Shown here: positions 8,127 through 16,390 of the stretch, piece after piece | Numbering within the stretch: the stretch's first letter is position 1 | Layout: each line of letters opens with the position of its first letter | Assembly (NCBI GenBank): GCA_964244895.1 | Contig: CAXTKV010000029.1 | Location: forward strand, 1 to 20,646 | DNA from: an uncultured Deinococcales bacterium | GTDB lineage: Bacteria; Deinococcota; Deinococci; Deinococcales; JAAFIG01 | DNA length: 20,646 bases | Reading direction: 5' to 3' | Notes under the pieces: model-generated | Databases searched by the model: none | Seen by the model: the letters and a program-made list of their open reading frames with translations, nothing else | What the model was told of the DNA's origin: nothing | Program-made: the position numbers and the translations under genes

Positions 8127-8174
8127 CGGCACCGTCCACGACGCGCACAAAATCAGGCGTCGTAGACGGTGTTC
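8127..8174. repeat. 48-bp dyad element, copy C, between convergent gntR and alkA
   Basis: CGGCACCGTCCACGACGC-12 nt-GCGTCGTAGACGGTGTTC. It starts 2 nt after the gntR stop. Confidence 0.88.
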
Positions 8175-8184
8175 CTGAAACCTT

Positions 8185-9042
8185 TCAGGCGAAATACTTG
8201 ATGCGCCAGATCAGGTAGTAGTACGCCCAACCGCGCACTGCCCCCAGGCGTTCGCCCCAATCCTCCAGGCCATCCAGCGTGCCGTAAGCGCGTTTGTAGG
8301 CGCTGGCCAGTCCCGCATCGCCGTAGGCCAGGCTGTCCAGCCGACCCACGCTCGCCAGCCAGTAGCGCGCCGTCCAGTGCCCCACGCCGCGCAACGCCAC
8401 CAGATGCACCAGGGCTTCAGGTAAAGGCATCTCGAGCACGCCCGCAAAGTACCCATCCAGGAGCGCTCGCGCGACTGTCTTCAGGTATTCGGTTTTGCGC
8501 CGGGAAACCTTGCAGGCCAAGAGGATTTCCGGGTCGGCCTCCAGGATCGCTTCCGGCGAAGGGTGCAGCGGGAAAAGGTGGCTCGAGCCATCAGCGAGCG
8601 CGCCCTCGACTTCGCCACCGTACCGCCGCGACACCATACCGATCTGCTGCAGGCAAAATTGCAGCGTGATCTGCTGACCCAGGATCGCCGCGACCCAGGC
8701 TTCCCAGGCGTCCATCAACGGCGGTCGCAAGCCGGAAAGCGCCTCGCTCGCGTTCCTCAAAATCGGATCGTCAAACGCCGCCTCAATCCACGGTCGCGGA
8801 TCGAGATCGAGCCCGAACGAGAGCCGCGCCCATTCCTGGGCTTCCGGGGAATCATCAGAAATCTCCAGGCCGTCCGGGGCGGGTCTGACCGCCACCACGC
8901 GCGGGCCACTCGAGGTCAGCAAGGCGCGTTGGTGCAGGTTGTTGACGGCATCGAAGCGCTCCAGGGCGTTGTGTTCGGGCAAGCGCGCCAGAACGCTGGC
9001 GGTCAACGGAAACGAAAACGGTGTCTGGGTTTTCAGGCGCAC
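8185..9042 (-). CDS. alkA: DNA-3-methyladenine glycosylase II (AlkA, HhH-GPD superfamily)
   Basis: 'GLRPP', 'EAWVAAILGQQIT', 'PSPEAI', HhH motif 'LVALRGVGHWTA', catalytic Asp in 'YGDAGL'. Confidence 0.85.
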   Translation of the reverse strand: MRLKTQTPFSFPLTASVLARLPEHNALERFDAVNNLHQRALLTSSGPRVVAVRPAPDGLEISDDSPEAQEWARLSFGLDLDPRPWIEAAFDDPILRNASEALSGLRPPLMDAWEAWVAAILGQQITLQFCLQQIGMVSRRYGGEVEGALADGSSHLFPLHPSPEAILEADPEILLACKVSRRKTEYLKTVARALLDGYFAGVLEMPLPEALVHLVALRGVGHWTARYWLASVGRLDSLAYGDAGLASAYKRAYGTLDGLEDWGERLGAVRGWAYYYLIWRIKYFA

Positions 9043-9049
9043 GCGAAAG

Positions 9050-9055
9050 AGTCTA
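9050..9055 (-). promoter_or_regulatory. Putative -10 box giving a leaderless alkA transcript
   Basis: Minus strand reads TAGACT-ctttcgc-GTG, a TANNNT box 7 nt from the start codon, with no Shine-Dalgarno sequence between them. Confidence 0.55.
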
Positions 9056-9132
9056 CCCTCGAGCCATCGTGCCCGAGAGCGCCTGGAAGAACCCTCAACC
9101 CGGCGCTCCAGAGGCTACGCGAGCCGGGGCGC

Positions 9133-9624
9133 TCAGGCGCTGACTTCCTGTTTCGGTTCGCGTTTGAGCCAGGCCTGCCAGTCCCAGATGCTTTTGAGAA
9201 TCTTGACGACCTGGATCATGTCGCAACTCAGCACGCCGTCCACGGCGGGCAGGGTCTGGGTGATGAAATCGTAGAGTTCGTCGTTTGAAAAGTGCAAACT
9301 CTCGACCACGATGTCCGCCGGGCCCATGCCCAACCCGACGAAGCGCACGTTCTCGAATTGCGCGATGGTTCTGGCCGCCGCCTCGGCCTTGCGCGGTTCG
9401 GTCTTGACCAGGGTCACGGCATCCACCTTGACGCCGAGCTTGGTCGGATCGCCGGTCAGCGCGACCTGAAACGCACCGGCGCGAACCATCGCGTTGTAGC
9501 GCCGTCGGATCGTGCCCTCCGAGACTTCCAAACGGCGGGCCATCTCGCGGAAGGCCATGCGACCGTCCTCCTGGAGCAGGCTGATGATCCGGTGGTCGAG
9601 TGTATCCATCGTGTTCACGTACAC
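9133..9624 (-). CDS. Lrp/AsnC-family transcriptional regulator
   Basis: 'LDHRIISLLQEDGRMAFREMARRLEVSEGTIRRR' HTH plus a RAM-type C-terminal domain. Start GTG 9624 (GAGG upstream) or ATG 9609. Confidence 0.92.
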   Translation of the reverse strand: MYVNTMDTLDHRIISLLQEDGRMAFREMARRLEVSEGTIRRRYNAMVRAGAFQVALTGDPTKLGVKVDAVTLVKTEPRKAEAAARTIAQFENVRFVGLGMGPADIVVESLHFSNDELYDFITQTLPAVDGVLSCDMIQVVKILKSIWDWQAWLKREPKQEVSA

Positions 9625-9699
9625 GTAGTCCGCACCTCGATTTGTGACGCAATGCGTAAAGTTTGCGTCAATGTATCACGCAATTGCGAGATAGAGCAA

Positions 9700-9729
9700 T
9701 TGACAAGCGGCTGTGCGCGTGATTAATCT
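9700..9729 (+). promoter_or_regulatory. Putative sigma70 promoter for the hydrolase/ABC operon
   Basis: TTGACA (9700-9705), 18 nt, TAATCT (9724-9729). Confidence 0.55.
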
Positions 9730-9885
9730 TGCACCAGCAGGTGCAAGCGCACCTCCCGGCGCGGCGTCCGTTCATCGGTTCGGATTCTCAGGGGTTCCAG
9801 GTGGTCACAGTTGTCTCGAGCAGCGCTCCCAGGCGGAGTTGATGCCCGAGACCTCGAGCGATTTTTGAGAAACTTGGGGGAACCG

Positions 9886-10713
9886 ATGCCAGTCGCGCAA
9901 TTGAACGGAACCGAGTTGTATTACGTCAGGCACGGTCGTGGCATTCCTTGCCTGGTCATGCACGGCGGGTTGGGGTGCGACCACACCTACATGCACCCGT
10001 GGATGGACGCGCTCGGGGACACCTTCGAGATGGTCTATTACGATCATCGGGGCAACGGGCGCTCCGGGCGACCAGCGATCGAAACGCTCAACTTCGAGCA
10101 GTTCGCCGCCGACGCGGACGCGCTGCGGGCGCACCTGGGCTTCGAGAAAGTTGCGGTCATCGGCAGTTCTTACGGCGGGTTCATCGCGCAAGAATATGCA
10201 ATCCGTTACCCGGATCGCGTGCTGGCGCTGTTCCCGATGGACACTGCGCCCGTCTTCGATTACGCGGATGAAGTCAAGATGCACGCGCTCAGAAAGGGCG
10301 CGACCCCGCAGATGATCGAGGTGCTGGATTCGCTGTCGCCCGAAACCGACGAGGATTTCGCGGGCATGATGGATCTGATCGGGCCGCTGTACTACTACCG
10401 TTTTGATCCAGAACTGGCGTCAAAAGCCATGGGTCAGACCGTTTACTCGGCTTCAGCCGCGCGGCAGGGCTTCGAGATTCTGAAAAGTTGGGACACCAGA
10501 CCGCGACTGGGCGCGCTGCGCATGCCGACGCTGGTGCTGGTCGGGCGCGACGATTACATCACGCCGCCGAACAAGTCCGAAGACATCCAGCGCCACATCC
10601 CGGACGCGGAACTCAGGATCTTCGAGCAATCCGGCCACATGCCCTTTCTCGAGGAACCCGAAGCGTTTTTTGATTCCATCCGCGAGTTCGTGAATCGCCG
10701 CGTCGGGGCGTGA
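9886..10713 (+). CDS. Alpha/beta-fold hydrolase (proline iminopeptidase/esterase-like)
   Basis: 'MHGGLG' oxyanion loop, 'YDHRGNGRS', nucleophile elbow 'GSSYGG', acid in 'GRDD', His in 'SGHMP'. ATG 9886 follows a GGGGG RBS. Confidence 0.88.
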   Translation: MPVAQLNGTELYYVRHGRGIPCLVMHGGLGCDHTYMHPWMDALGDTFEMVYYDHRGNGRSGRPAIETLNFEQFAADADALRAHLGFEKVAVIGSSYGGFIAQEYAIRYPDRVLALFPMDTAPVFDYADEVKMHALRKGATPQMIEVLDSLSPETDEDFAGMMDLIGPLYYYRFDPELASKAMGQTVYSASAARQGFEILKSWDTRPRLGALRMPTLVLVGRDDYITPPNKSEDIQRHIPDAELRIFEQSGHMPFLEEPEAFFDSIREFVNRRVGA

Positions 10714-10740
10714 CGACTGCGCGATTTCTGGAATTTTACT

Positions 10741-10788
10741 GAATACCGTCCAGCATGCACCTCAAGAACGCTGTCCCAGACGGTGCAT
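10741..10788. repeat. 48-bp dyad element, copy D
   Basis: GAATACCGTCCAGCATG...TGTCCCAGACGGTGCAT, with central CTCAAG. Confidence 0.8.
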
Positions 10789-10900
10789 TTCAAACGATAC
10801 CCATCCAAGGTTCAGCATTTGGCTCGAGGAGGTGAGGTTCACAACGGCAGCGAGGGTGCAAAACGCGACCTTGAACGTTCACGGGTGAAGGGGGTTCGGC

Positions 10901-12418
10901 ATGAAGAAAACGGCGAAATGGTTCGGGCTGGGCATCGCGCTGGGCGGACTGATGGTCGGCATGGTTTCGGCGCAGACCAAGGGCGGCACGTTGACCGTGG
11001 CGCAACAGGCGGACGTGGTCGGGCTCGACCCACACACGGTCAGTGCCTACTCGAGCGCGGTCGTGGACGAACAGATTTTCGATTCCTTGCTGGCGATCAC
11101 GCCCAAAGGCGATGTCGCGCCGAGCATCGCGCAGAAGTGGACGCTTTCCAAGGACGGCCTGACGTACACCTTCAACCTGCGCAAGAACGTCAAGTTTTCG
11201 GATGGCAAAGCGCTGACATCCAAGGATGTCGTGTATTCCCTCAAGCGCGTGATCGACCCCAAGACCGCCAGCCCGCGCCAGAACGACCTGGGCAAGGTCA
11301 AATCGATCACCGCGCCGGACGATTACACCGTCGTGATCGCGCTCGAGCAGACCTTCGCGCCGTTCCTGACCAAGATCGGCGGCACGCTGATGGGCATCAT
11401 GCCCGACGGGTACGCCGAGAAAAACGATGTCAATAAAGTTCCGTTGGGTTCCGGGCCGTTCAAGTTCGTCAGCTGGACGCCGGACGACAACGTCACCCTG
11501 GAACGCAACCCGTACTACTGGGAGGCGGGCAAACCCTACGTCGACAAGCTGGTCTTCAAGCCCCTCAAGGACGACACGGCCCGCATCACCAACGTCGAGA
11601 CCGGCAACGTCGACCTGATCATGAGCGTGCCGCAGAACGAGGTCGATCGGCTCGGGACATCGGACGCGGTCAAGCTCTCCGGCGGCCCAGGCACGTGGTA
11701 CGACTACCTCGGGCTGAACCAGTCCAAGGCTCCGTTCAACATCCTGAAAGTCCGGCAGGCGCTTTCGTTCGCGGTCAACCGCGACCAGATCGTCAAGACC
11801 GCGATCTTCGGCAAGGGCACCGTGATTAACTGCGGCCCGATCCCGCCGAAAAGCTGGGCCTTCGCGAGCTGCAAGGAGCAGGTCACCGACCTGGAGAAGG
11901 CCAAGAAGCTCTTGGCTGAGGCGGGGTACGCGGGCGGCTTCAAGATGACCATCAAGGTCGGCGCGGATTACAAATCGCAGGTCAACATCGCGCAGGTGAT
12001 TCAGGCGCAACTCAAGCCCCTCAAAATCGACGTGACGGTCGCACCGATGGAATGGGGCGCGTTCCTGGACGACGTGACCACCAAGGGCAATTACGACGCG
12101 GTGATCCTGGGCTGGATCGGCGCGGTCGACCCGGATGACTTCCTGTACTACCAGTTCCGCACCGGCGAGAAATTCAACTTCTACAAGTTCTCCGACAAGG
12201 ACGTGGACAGCCTGCTCGACCAGGCTCGAGCATCCGTGGATCGCGGCACGCGCCAGGTTCTGTACCGCAAGGTGCAACGCCTACTGGCCGAGAAAGCCGC
12301 CTACGTGTTCTTGCACATCAACGAGCAGTACGAGGCTTTCACGCCTCAGGTGCAGGGCTACGTGCACTACGCGACCGGTTCGATGGAATCCTTGAAGGAC
12401 GTGTGGTTGAAGAAGTAA
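10901..12418 (+). CDS. ABC transporter substrate-binding protein, family 5 (Dpp/Opp/Nik type)
   Basis: Cleavable signal peptide (MKK...VSA/Q), 'GLDPH', 'DGLTYTFNLRKNVKFSDG', 'GSGPFKF', 'NPYYW', 'KVRQALSFAVNR'. Confidence 0.93.
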   Translation: MKKTAKWFGLGIALGGLMVGMVSAQTKGGTLTVAQQADVVGLDPHTVSAYSSAVVDEQIFDSLLAITPKGDVAPSIAQKWTLSKDGLTYTFNLRKNVKFSDGKALTSKDVVYSLKRVIDPKTASPRQNDLGKVKSITAPDDYTVVIALEQTFAPFLTKIGGTLMGIMPDGYAEKNDVNKVPLGSGPFKFVSWTPDDNVTLERNPYYWEAGKPYVDKLVFKPLKDDTARITNVETGNVDLIMSVPQNEVDRLGTSDAVKLSGGPGTWYDYLGLNQSKAPFNILKVRQALSFAVNRDQIVKTAIFGKGTVINCGPIPPKSWAFASCKEQVTDLEKAKKLLAEAGYAGGFKMTIKVGADYKSQVNIAQVIQAQLKPLKIDVTVAPMEWGAFLDDVTTKGNYDAVILGWIGAVDPDDFLYYQFRTGEKFNFYKFSDKDVDSLLDQARASVDRGTRQVLYRKVQRLLAEKAAYVFLHINEQYEAFTPQVQGYVHYATGSMESLKDVWLKK

Positions 12419-12422
12419 TAAA

Positions 12423-12471
12423 AAGCACCGTCCCGGACAGTGTTCCAAGCACCTCGTCCGGGACGGTGTTC
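12423..12471. repeat. Dyad element, copy E (49 bp), visibly two 23-bp palindromic units
   Basis: AAGCACCGTCCCGGACAGTGTTC-CAA-GCACCTCGTCCGGGACGGTGTTC, running into CTCGAG (12471-12476). It begins 5 nt after the binding-protein stop. Confidence 0.92.
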
Positions 12472-12515
12472 TCGAGGGATCGTGCGATAGATTCCTCGAG
12501 GCTGAGGGGACTCGC

Positions 12516-12563
12516 GCACACCGTCTCGCACGCACATTCGAGTCACCACCCAGCGCGGTGTTC
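12516..12563. repeat. 48-bp dyad element, copy F
   Basis: GCACACCGTCTCGCACG...CCAGCGCGGTGTTC. Confidence 0.75.
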
Positions 12564-12581
12564 CGCTCAGAAAGTCTCGAG

Positions 12582-13526
12582 ATGCTGACCTACACCATCA
12601 AACGCCTGATCGCCGTGATCCCGATTCTGTTGGGCATCACCGCCGTGTCGTACTTCCTGACGCGCACCATTCCCGGCGATCTGGTCGCGGTCATGCTGGG
12701 CACGAACACCGACCCGGTGGTGGCGGCGCAATTGCGCCACAAGCTCAACCTGGATCGCCCGATCCTCGAGGGCTACGTCGTCTGGCTGGGGCATCTGGCG
12801 CAGGGCAACCTGGGCGAATCGCTGCGCTCTGGCCGACCGATCGGTGAGGACATGGGCACGCGCTACGGGCGCACGGCGCAACTGACCGTGGCGGCCATGA
12901 TCCTGGCCTTGCTGGTCGGGATTCCTTTGGGGATTCTGGCGGCGGTCAGGCGCAACCGCCCGACCGATCAGACGATCTCGAGCACGGCCCTGCTGGGCGT
13001 GTCCACGCCGGATTTCTGGCTGGCTTTTTTGCTGATATTGGTCTTCGCGGTCTGGCTGCGCTGGTTGCCGCCCGCCGGGTACGCCTCACCTTTTGAAAAG
13101 CCGAATCTTTTCCTGCGCTTGCTGATCCTGCCCGCGCTGACGCTGGGCTTTCAGGTGACGGGCATCCTGACGCGCTTCACCCGATCCGCCATGCTCGAGG
13201 TTTTATCCCAGGATTTCATCCGCACCGCCCGCAGCAAGGGCGTGGCGGAACGCAGCGTGATGTACAAGCACGCCCTGCGGAACGCGCTCGTGCCGATCAC
13301 GACGGTCATCGGGTTGAACGTCGGCTTTCTGCTGGGTGGCACGGTCATCGTGGAAACCATCTTCGGCTGGCCGGGCGTCGGCAGTCTGGCCGTGACCGCC
13401 ATCAACCAGCGCGATTACCCGGTCGTGCAGGCCACCGTGATGCTGTTCGCGTTCACCTTCGTGATGGTCAATTTGATCGTGGATTTGCTGTACGGTGCGA
13501 TCGACCCGAGGATCAGGTACGGATGA
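12582..13526 (+). CDS. ABC transporter permease, DppB/OppB type
   Basis: 'YTIKRL', 'PGD', 'GNLGES', 'TPDFWLA', EAA-loop region 'TRSAMLEVLSQDFIRTARSKG', 'HALRNAL', 'RDYPVVQ', 'DPRIR'. Confidence 0.93.
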   Translation: MLTYTIKRLIAVIPILLGITAVSYFLTRTIPGDLVAVMLGTNTDPVVAAQLRHKLNLDRPILEGYVVWLGHLAQGNLGESLRSGRPIGEDMGTRYGRTAQLTVAAMILALLVGIPLGILAAVRRNRPTDQTISSTALLGVSTPDFWLAFLLILVFAVWLRWLPPAGYASPFEKPNLFLRLLILPALTLGFQVTGILTRFTRSAMLEVLSQDFIRTARSKGVAERSVMYKHALRNALVPITTVIGLNVGFLLGGTVIVETIFGWPGVGSLAVTAINQRDYPVVQATVMLFAFTFVMVNLIVDLLYGAIDPRIRYG

Positions 13527-13559
13527 AAGGACTCGGGCAGATCGCGGTTGATACTCGAG

Positions 13560-13607
13560 AAACAACGTCTGGAACGGCACTCGAGCTTCGCGTCCCAGAC
13601 GGTTCTT
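13560..13607. repeat. 48-bp dyad element, copy G
   Basis: AAACAACGTCTGGAACG...CGTCCCAGACGGTTCTT. CTCGAG lies immediately left (13554-13559) and near the centre (13580-13585). Confidence 0.8.
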
Positions 13608-13716
13608 TTCGCTTCACAGAACGTGCTCGAGCGAGATTCGTTCGATAGATTGATGCTCGATCCAGACGCCGACGGCTACAATGCTCGCGTCCCGAAAACC
13701 CTGAGGTTGACTGCGC

Positions 13717-14598
13717 ATGACGACGACCGCGACCACCGTGACCACCGCCGCCACCTCGAGCGAGCCAAAGCGCAGGAAACTCCCGCGCGTGCTGCGCCAG
13801 CGCTCATTCGTGCTGGGCGCGATCCTGATCGGCTTGATGGCCCTGTGCGCCGTGTTCGCGCCCCTGATCGCGCCGCACGATCCGGTGGAACAGAACTTCG
13901 ACAGCACCCTGCAAGCGCCCACAGCACATTTCTTGCTCGGCACGGACATGTTCGGGCGCGATCAGCTTTCGCGGATCATCTACGGCGCGCGGATTTCTTT
14001 CATGGTCGGATTCATCTCGGTCGGGATCGCGCTGATCGCGGGCGGGTTGCTCGGCCTGATCGCGGCCTATTCCAGGGGTTGGCTGGACAACCTGATCATG
14101 CGCGTCATGGACGTGCTGCTGGCCTTCCCGTTCTTGCTTTTGGCCATCGCCATCATGGCGTCTTTCGGCACGAACCTGGCCAACGCGATGATCGCCATCG
14201 GCATCGTCTACACGCCCAGTTTTGCGCGCGTCACCCGCGCCGCGACGCTCAGCGTGATGGAGCAGGGTTTCGTCGAAGCGACCCAGGCGCTCGGCTCGAG
14301 CCCCGCGCGCTTGATGCTCCGGCACGTCCTGCCGAACATCACCGGGCCGTTGATCGTGCAGACGACGCTGTCGCTGGCCTTCGCGATTCTGGCGGAGGCG
14401 GCGCTGTCGTTCCTGGGCCTGGGCACGCAACCGCCCACGCCATCGTGGGGACTGATGCTCAACGAGGGGCGCGGCTTTTTCAACACCGCGCCGTGGCTGG
14501 CGATCTTTCCGGGCGTGGCGATCACGCTGGCCGTGCTGGGGTTCAATTTGCTGGGCGACGGTCTGCGCGACGCGCTCGATCCGAGGTTGCGCGACTGA
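13717..14598 (+). CDS. ABC transporter permease, DppC/OppC type
   Basis: 'LGTDMFGRDQLSRIIYGARIS', 'FVEATQALG', 'RHVLPN', 'AEAALSFLGLG', 'PSWGLML', 'FNLLGDGLRDALDPR'. Confidence 0.93.
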   Translation: MTTTATTVTTAATSSEPKRRKLPRVLRQRSFVLGAILIGLMALCAVFAPLIAPHDPVEQNFDSTLQAPTAHFLLGTDMFGRDQLSRIIYGARISFMVGFISVGIALIAGGLLGLIAAYSRGWLDNLIMRVMDVLLAFPFLLLAIAIMASFGTNLANAMIAIGIVYTPSFARVTRAATLSVMEQGFVEATQALGSSPARLMLRHVLPNITGPLIVQTTLSLAFAILAEAALSFLGLGTQPPTPSWGLMLNEGRGFFNTAPWLAIFPGVAITLAVLGFNLLGDGLRDALDPRLRD

Positions 14599-14613
14599 TG
14601 CGTGATGCTCGAG

Positions 14614-14661
14614 AAACACCGTTGGAGACGCAGTTTATAAACAGCGTGCGGGGCGGTGTCG
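14614..14661. repeat. 48-bp dyad element, copy H
   Basis: AAACACCGTTGGAGACG...CGTGCGGGGCGGTGTCG. CTCGAG lies immediately left (14608-14613). Confidence 0.75.
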
Positions 14662-14726
14662 CCTCGCAATGAACGCTTAAGCTACACGAAGATTTTCGGC
14701 TCTGCTCGAGCCTTCCGGGGGAAACC

Positions 14727-16196
14727 GTGACCGCAAAACGCAGCGCGAAAACAACAGAATTCAGACTGATCGAAGCGACGTTCACCGACATACAAAAAGC
14801 GATGGAGGGCGGCCAGATCACCTCGCGGCAACTGACGCAGATGTACCTGGAACGCATAGAGGCGCTCAACCGAAGCGGCCCTCAACTGCGCGGCGTGATC
14901 GAGACGAACCCGGATGCCCTGAAAATTGCGGATGCGCTCGACCGGGAACGCAAAGCCAACGGGGCTCGAGGCGCACTGCACGGCCTGCCGATCCTGGTCA
15001 AGGACAACATCGACACCTTTGACCGGATGCACACCAGCGCGGGTTCGCTGGCATTGGCGAAGTCCATCGCGCCCAGGGATTCGACCGTGGCCGCCGGGTT
15101 GCGGGCGTCCGGCGCGGTGATTCTGGGCAAGGCCAACATGACCGAATGGGCGAACTTCATGACGGTCGGCATGGAGAACGGCTACAGCTCGCGCGGCGGG
15201 CAGGGCGTTAACCCGTACAAACCGGGGCTGGACACGGGCGGCTCGAGTTCCGGTTCCGGCATTTCTGTCGCGGCCAATTTGTGCGCGGGTGCGATCGGCA
15301 CGGAGACTTCGGGCTCGATCCTCAGCCCATCCAATCAGAATTCCGTGGTGGGCATCAAACCGACCGTGGGCTTGGTCTCTCGGGGCGGCGTGATTCCCGT
15401 CTCCAGCACGCAGGACACGCCGGGGCCGATGACGCGCACGGTGCGGGACGCGGCGATTTTGTTGAACGCCATCGCCGGGAAAGATCGGCGCGACCCCGCG
15501 ACCCGAGACGCGCGCATCGCGGACGATTACACCGCCTTCCTGGATCCGGACGGATTGAAGGGCGCGCGCATCGGTGTGCCCAGGGACGTGTACTGGACGG
15601 GTTTGCCGCCTGACCAGGCGAGAATTGTGGAGCGCGCCATCCAGACGATTCAAGCCTGCGGCGCGACCGTGATCGACCCCGCCGAGATTGAAACCGCACA
15701 GGAAGCCGCGCAGTTCCATTTTGAAGTGCTGCTCTACGATTTTAAGCGCGACATCAACCGCTACCTCAAAACCCTCGGGCCAGACGCGCCGATCAAGAAC
15801 CTGAAGGAACTGATCGCGTACAACGAAGCCAGCCCCGAGAAAATGTTGCGCTACGGGCAGTTGATTCTTCAGGCCGCGCAAGCCACCAGCGGCACACTGA
15901 CCGAAAAAATTTACGCCTACCGCCGCGCTCAGGATTTGCGCCTTTCAAAACGCGATGGGATCGATGCGACCATCAAAAAGCACCGTCTGGACGCGCTGCT
16001 GTTCCCGATCTACATGGGTTACGCCATCGCCGCGCGGCCCGGCTACCCCAGCGTGATCGTTCCGGCGGGTTACACCGCCGACAACACGCCCGTCGGCGTG
16101 AGCTTCACGGCTCAGGCCTGGGCCGAACCCGCGCTGATCCGCTTCGCTTACGCCTTCGAGCAGGCCACCAAGGCCAGACGCGCACCGCCAATCTGA
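14727..16196 (+). CDS. Amidase signature (AS) family amidase
   Basis: Lys in 'LHGLPILVKDNIDT', 'GKANMTEWAN', 'GGSSSGS', 'GTETSGSILSPS' (Ser-cisSer-Lys triad), 'GIKPTVGLVSR', 'QDTPGPM', 'AYAFEQAT'. GTG start after GGGG. Confidence 0.92.
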   Translation: MTAKRSAKTTEFRLIEATFTDIQKAMEGGQITSRQLTQMYLERIEALNRSGPQLRGVIETNPDALKIADALDRERKANGARGALHGLPILVKDNIDTFDRMHTSAGSLALAKSIAPRDSTVAAGLRASGAVILGKANMTEWANFMTVGMENGYSSRGGQGVNPYKPGLDTGGSSSGSGISVAANLCAGAIGTETSGSILSPSNQNSVVGIKPTVGLVSRGGVIPVSSTQDTPGPMTRTVRDAAILLNAIAGKDRRDPATRDARIADDYTAFLDPDGLKGARIGVPRDVYWTGLPPDQARIVERAIQTIQACGATVIDPAEIETAQEAAQFHFEVLLYDFKRDINRYLKTLGPDAPIKNLKELIAYNEASPEKMLRYGQLILQAAQATSGTLTEKIYAYRRAQDLRLSKRDGIDATIKKHRLDALLFPIYMGYAIAARPGYPSVIVPAGYTADNTPVGVSFTAQAWAEPALIRFAYAFEQATKARRAPPI

Positions 16197-16211
16197 AGCC
16201 CGTCAAATCTG

Positions 16212-16259
16212 GAACACCGCGCTGGACGCGTTTCAAGAACATCGTCCTGGACGGTATTC
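16212..16259. repeat. 48-bp dyad element, copy I, between convergent operons
   Basis: GAACACCGCGCTGGACGCGTTTC-AA-GAACATCGTCCTGGACGGTATTC (23+2+23). Confidence 0.88.
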
Positions 16260-16390
16260 TTGAATAAAAGATCTTCGAGGCAAGTCTCGGAGTATTCACG
16301 ACCAGAAGTCGCACCCTCGAGAAGACTGAAGGGCTCGAGTTCTAACCGAGAAAAAGCCAGGCGAGCCTCGGGGAATGCACCCTCAGAGAT

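Noticed and set aside
9748..9885. Riboswitch in the roughly 150-nt leader of the hydrolase gene
   Set aside because: No aptamer consensus or terminator/antiterminator pair that I can recognise. An Rfam scan would settle it.
10825..10888. Strong SD-like GAGGAGGTG with a short GTG-initiated ORF upstream of the binding-protein gene
   Set aside because: The GTG lies inside the SD-like tract, with no properly spaced start codon. No support for a leader peptide.
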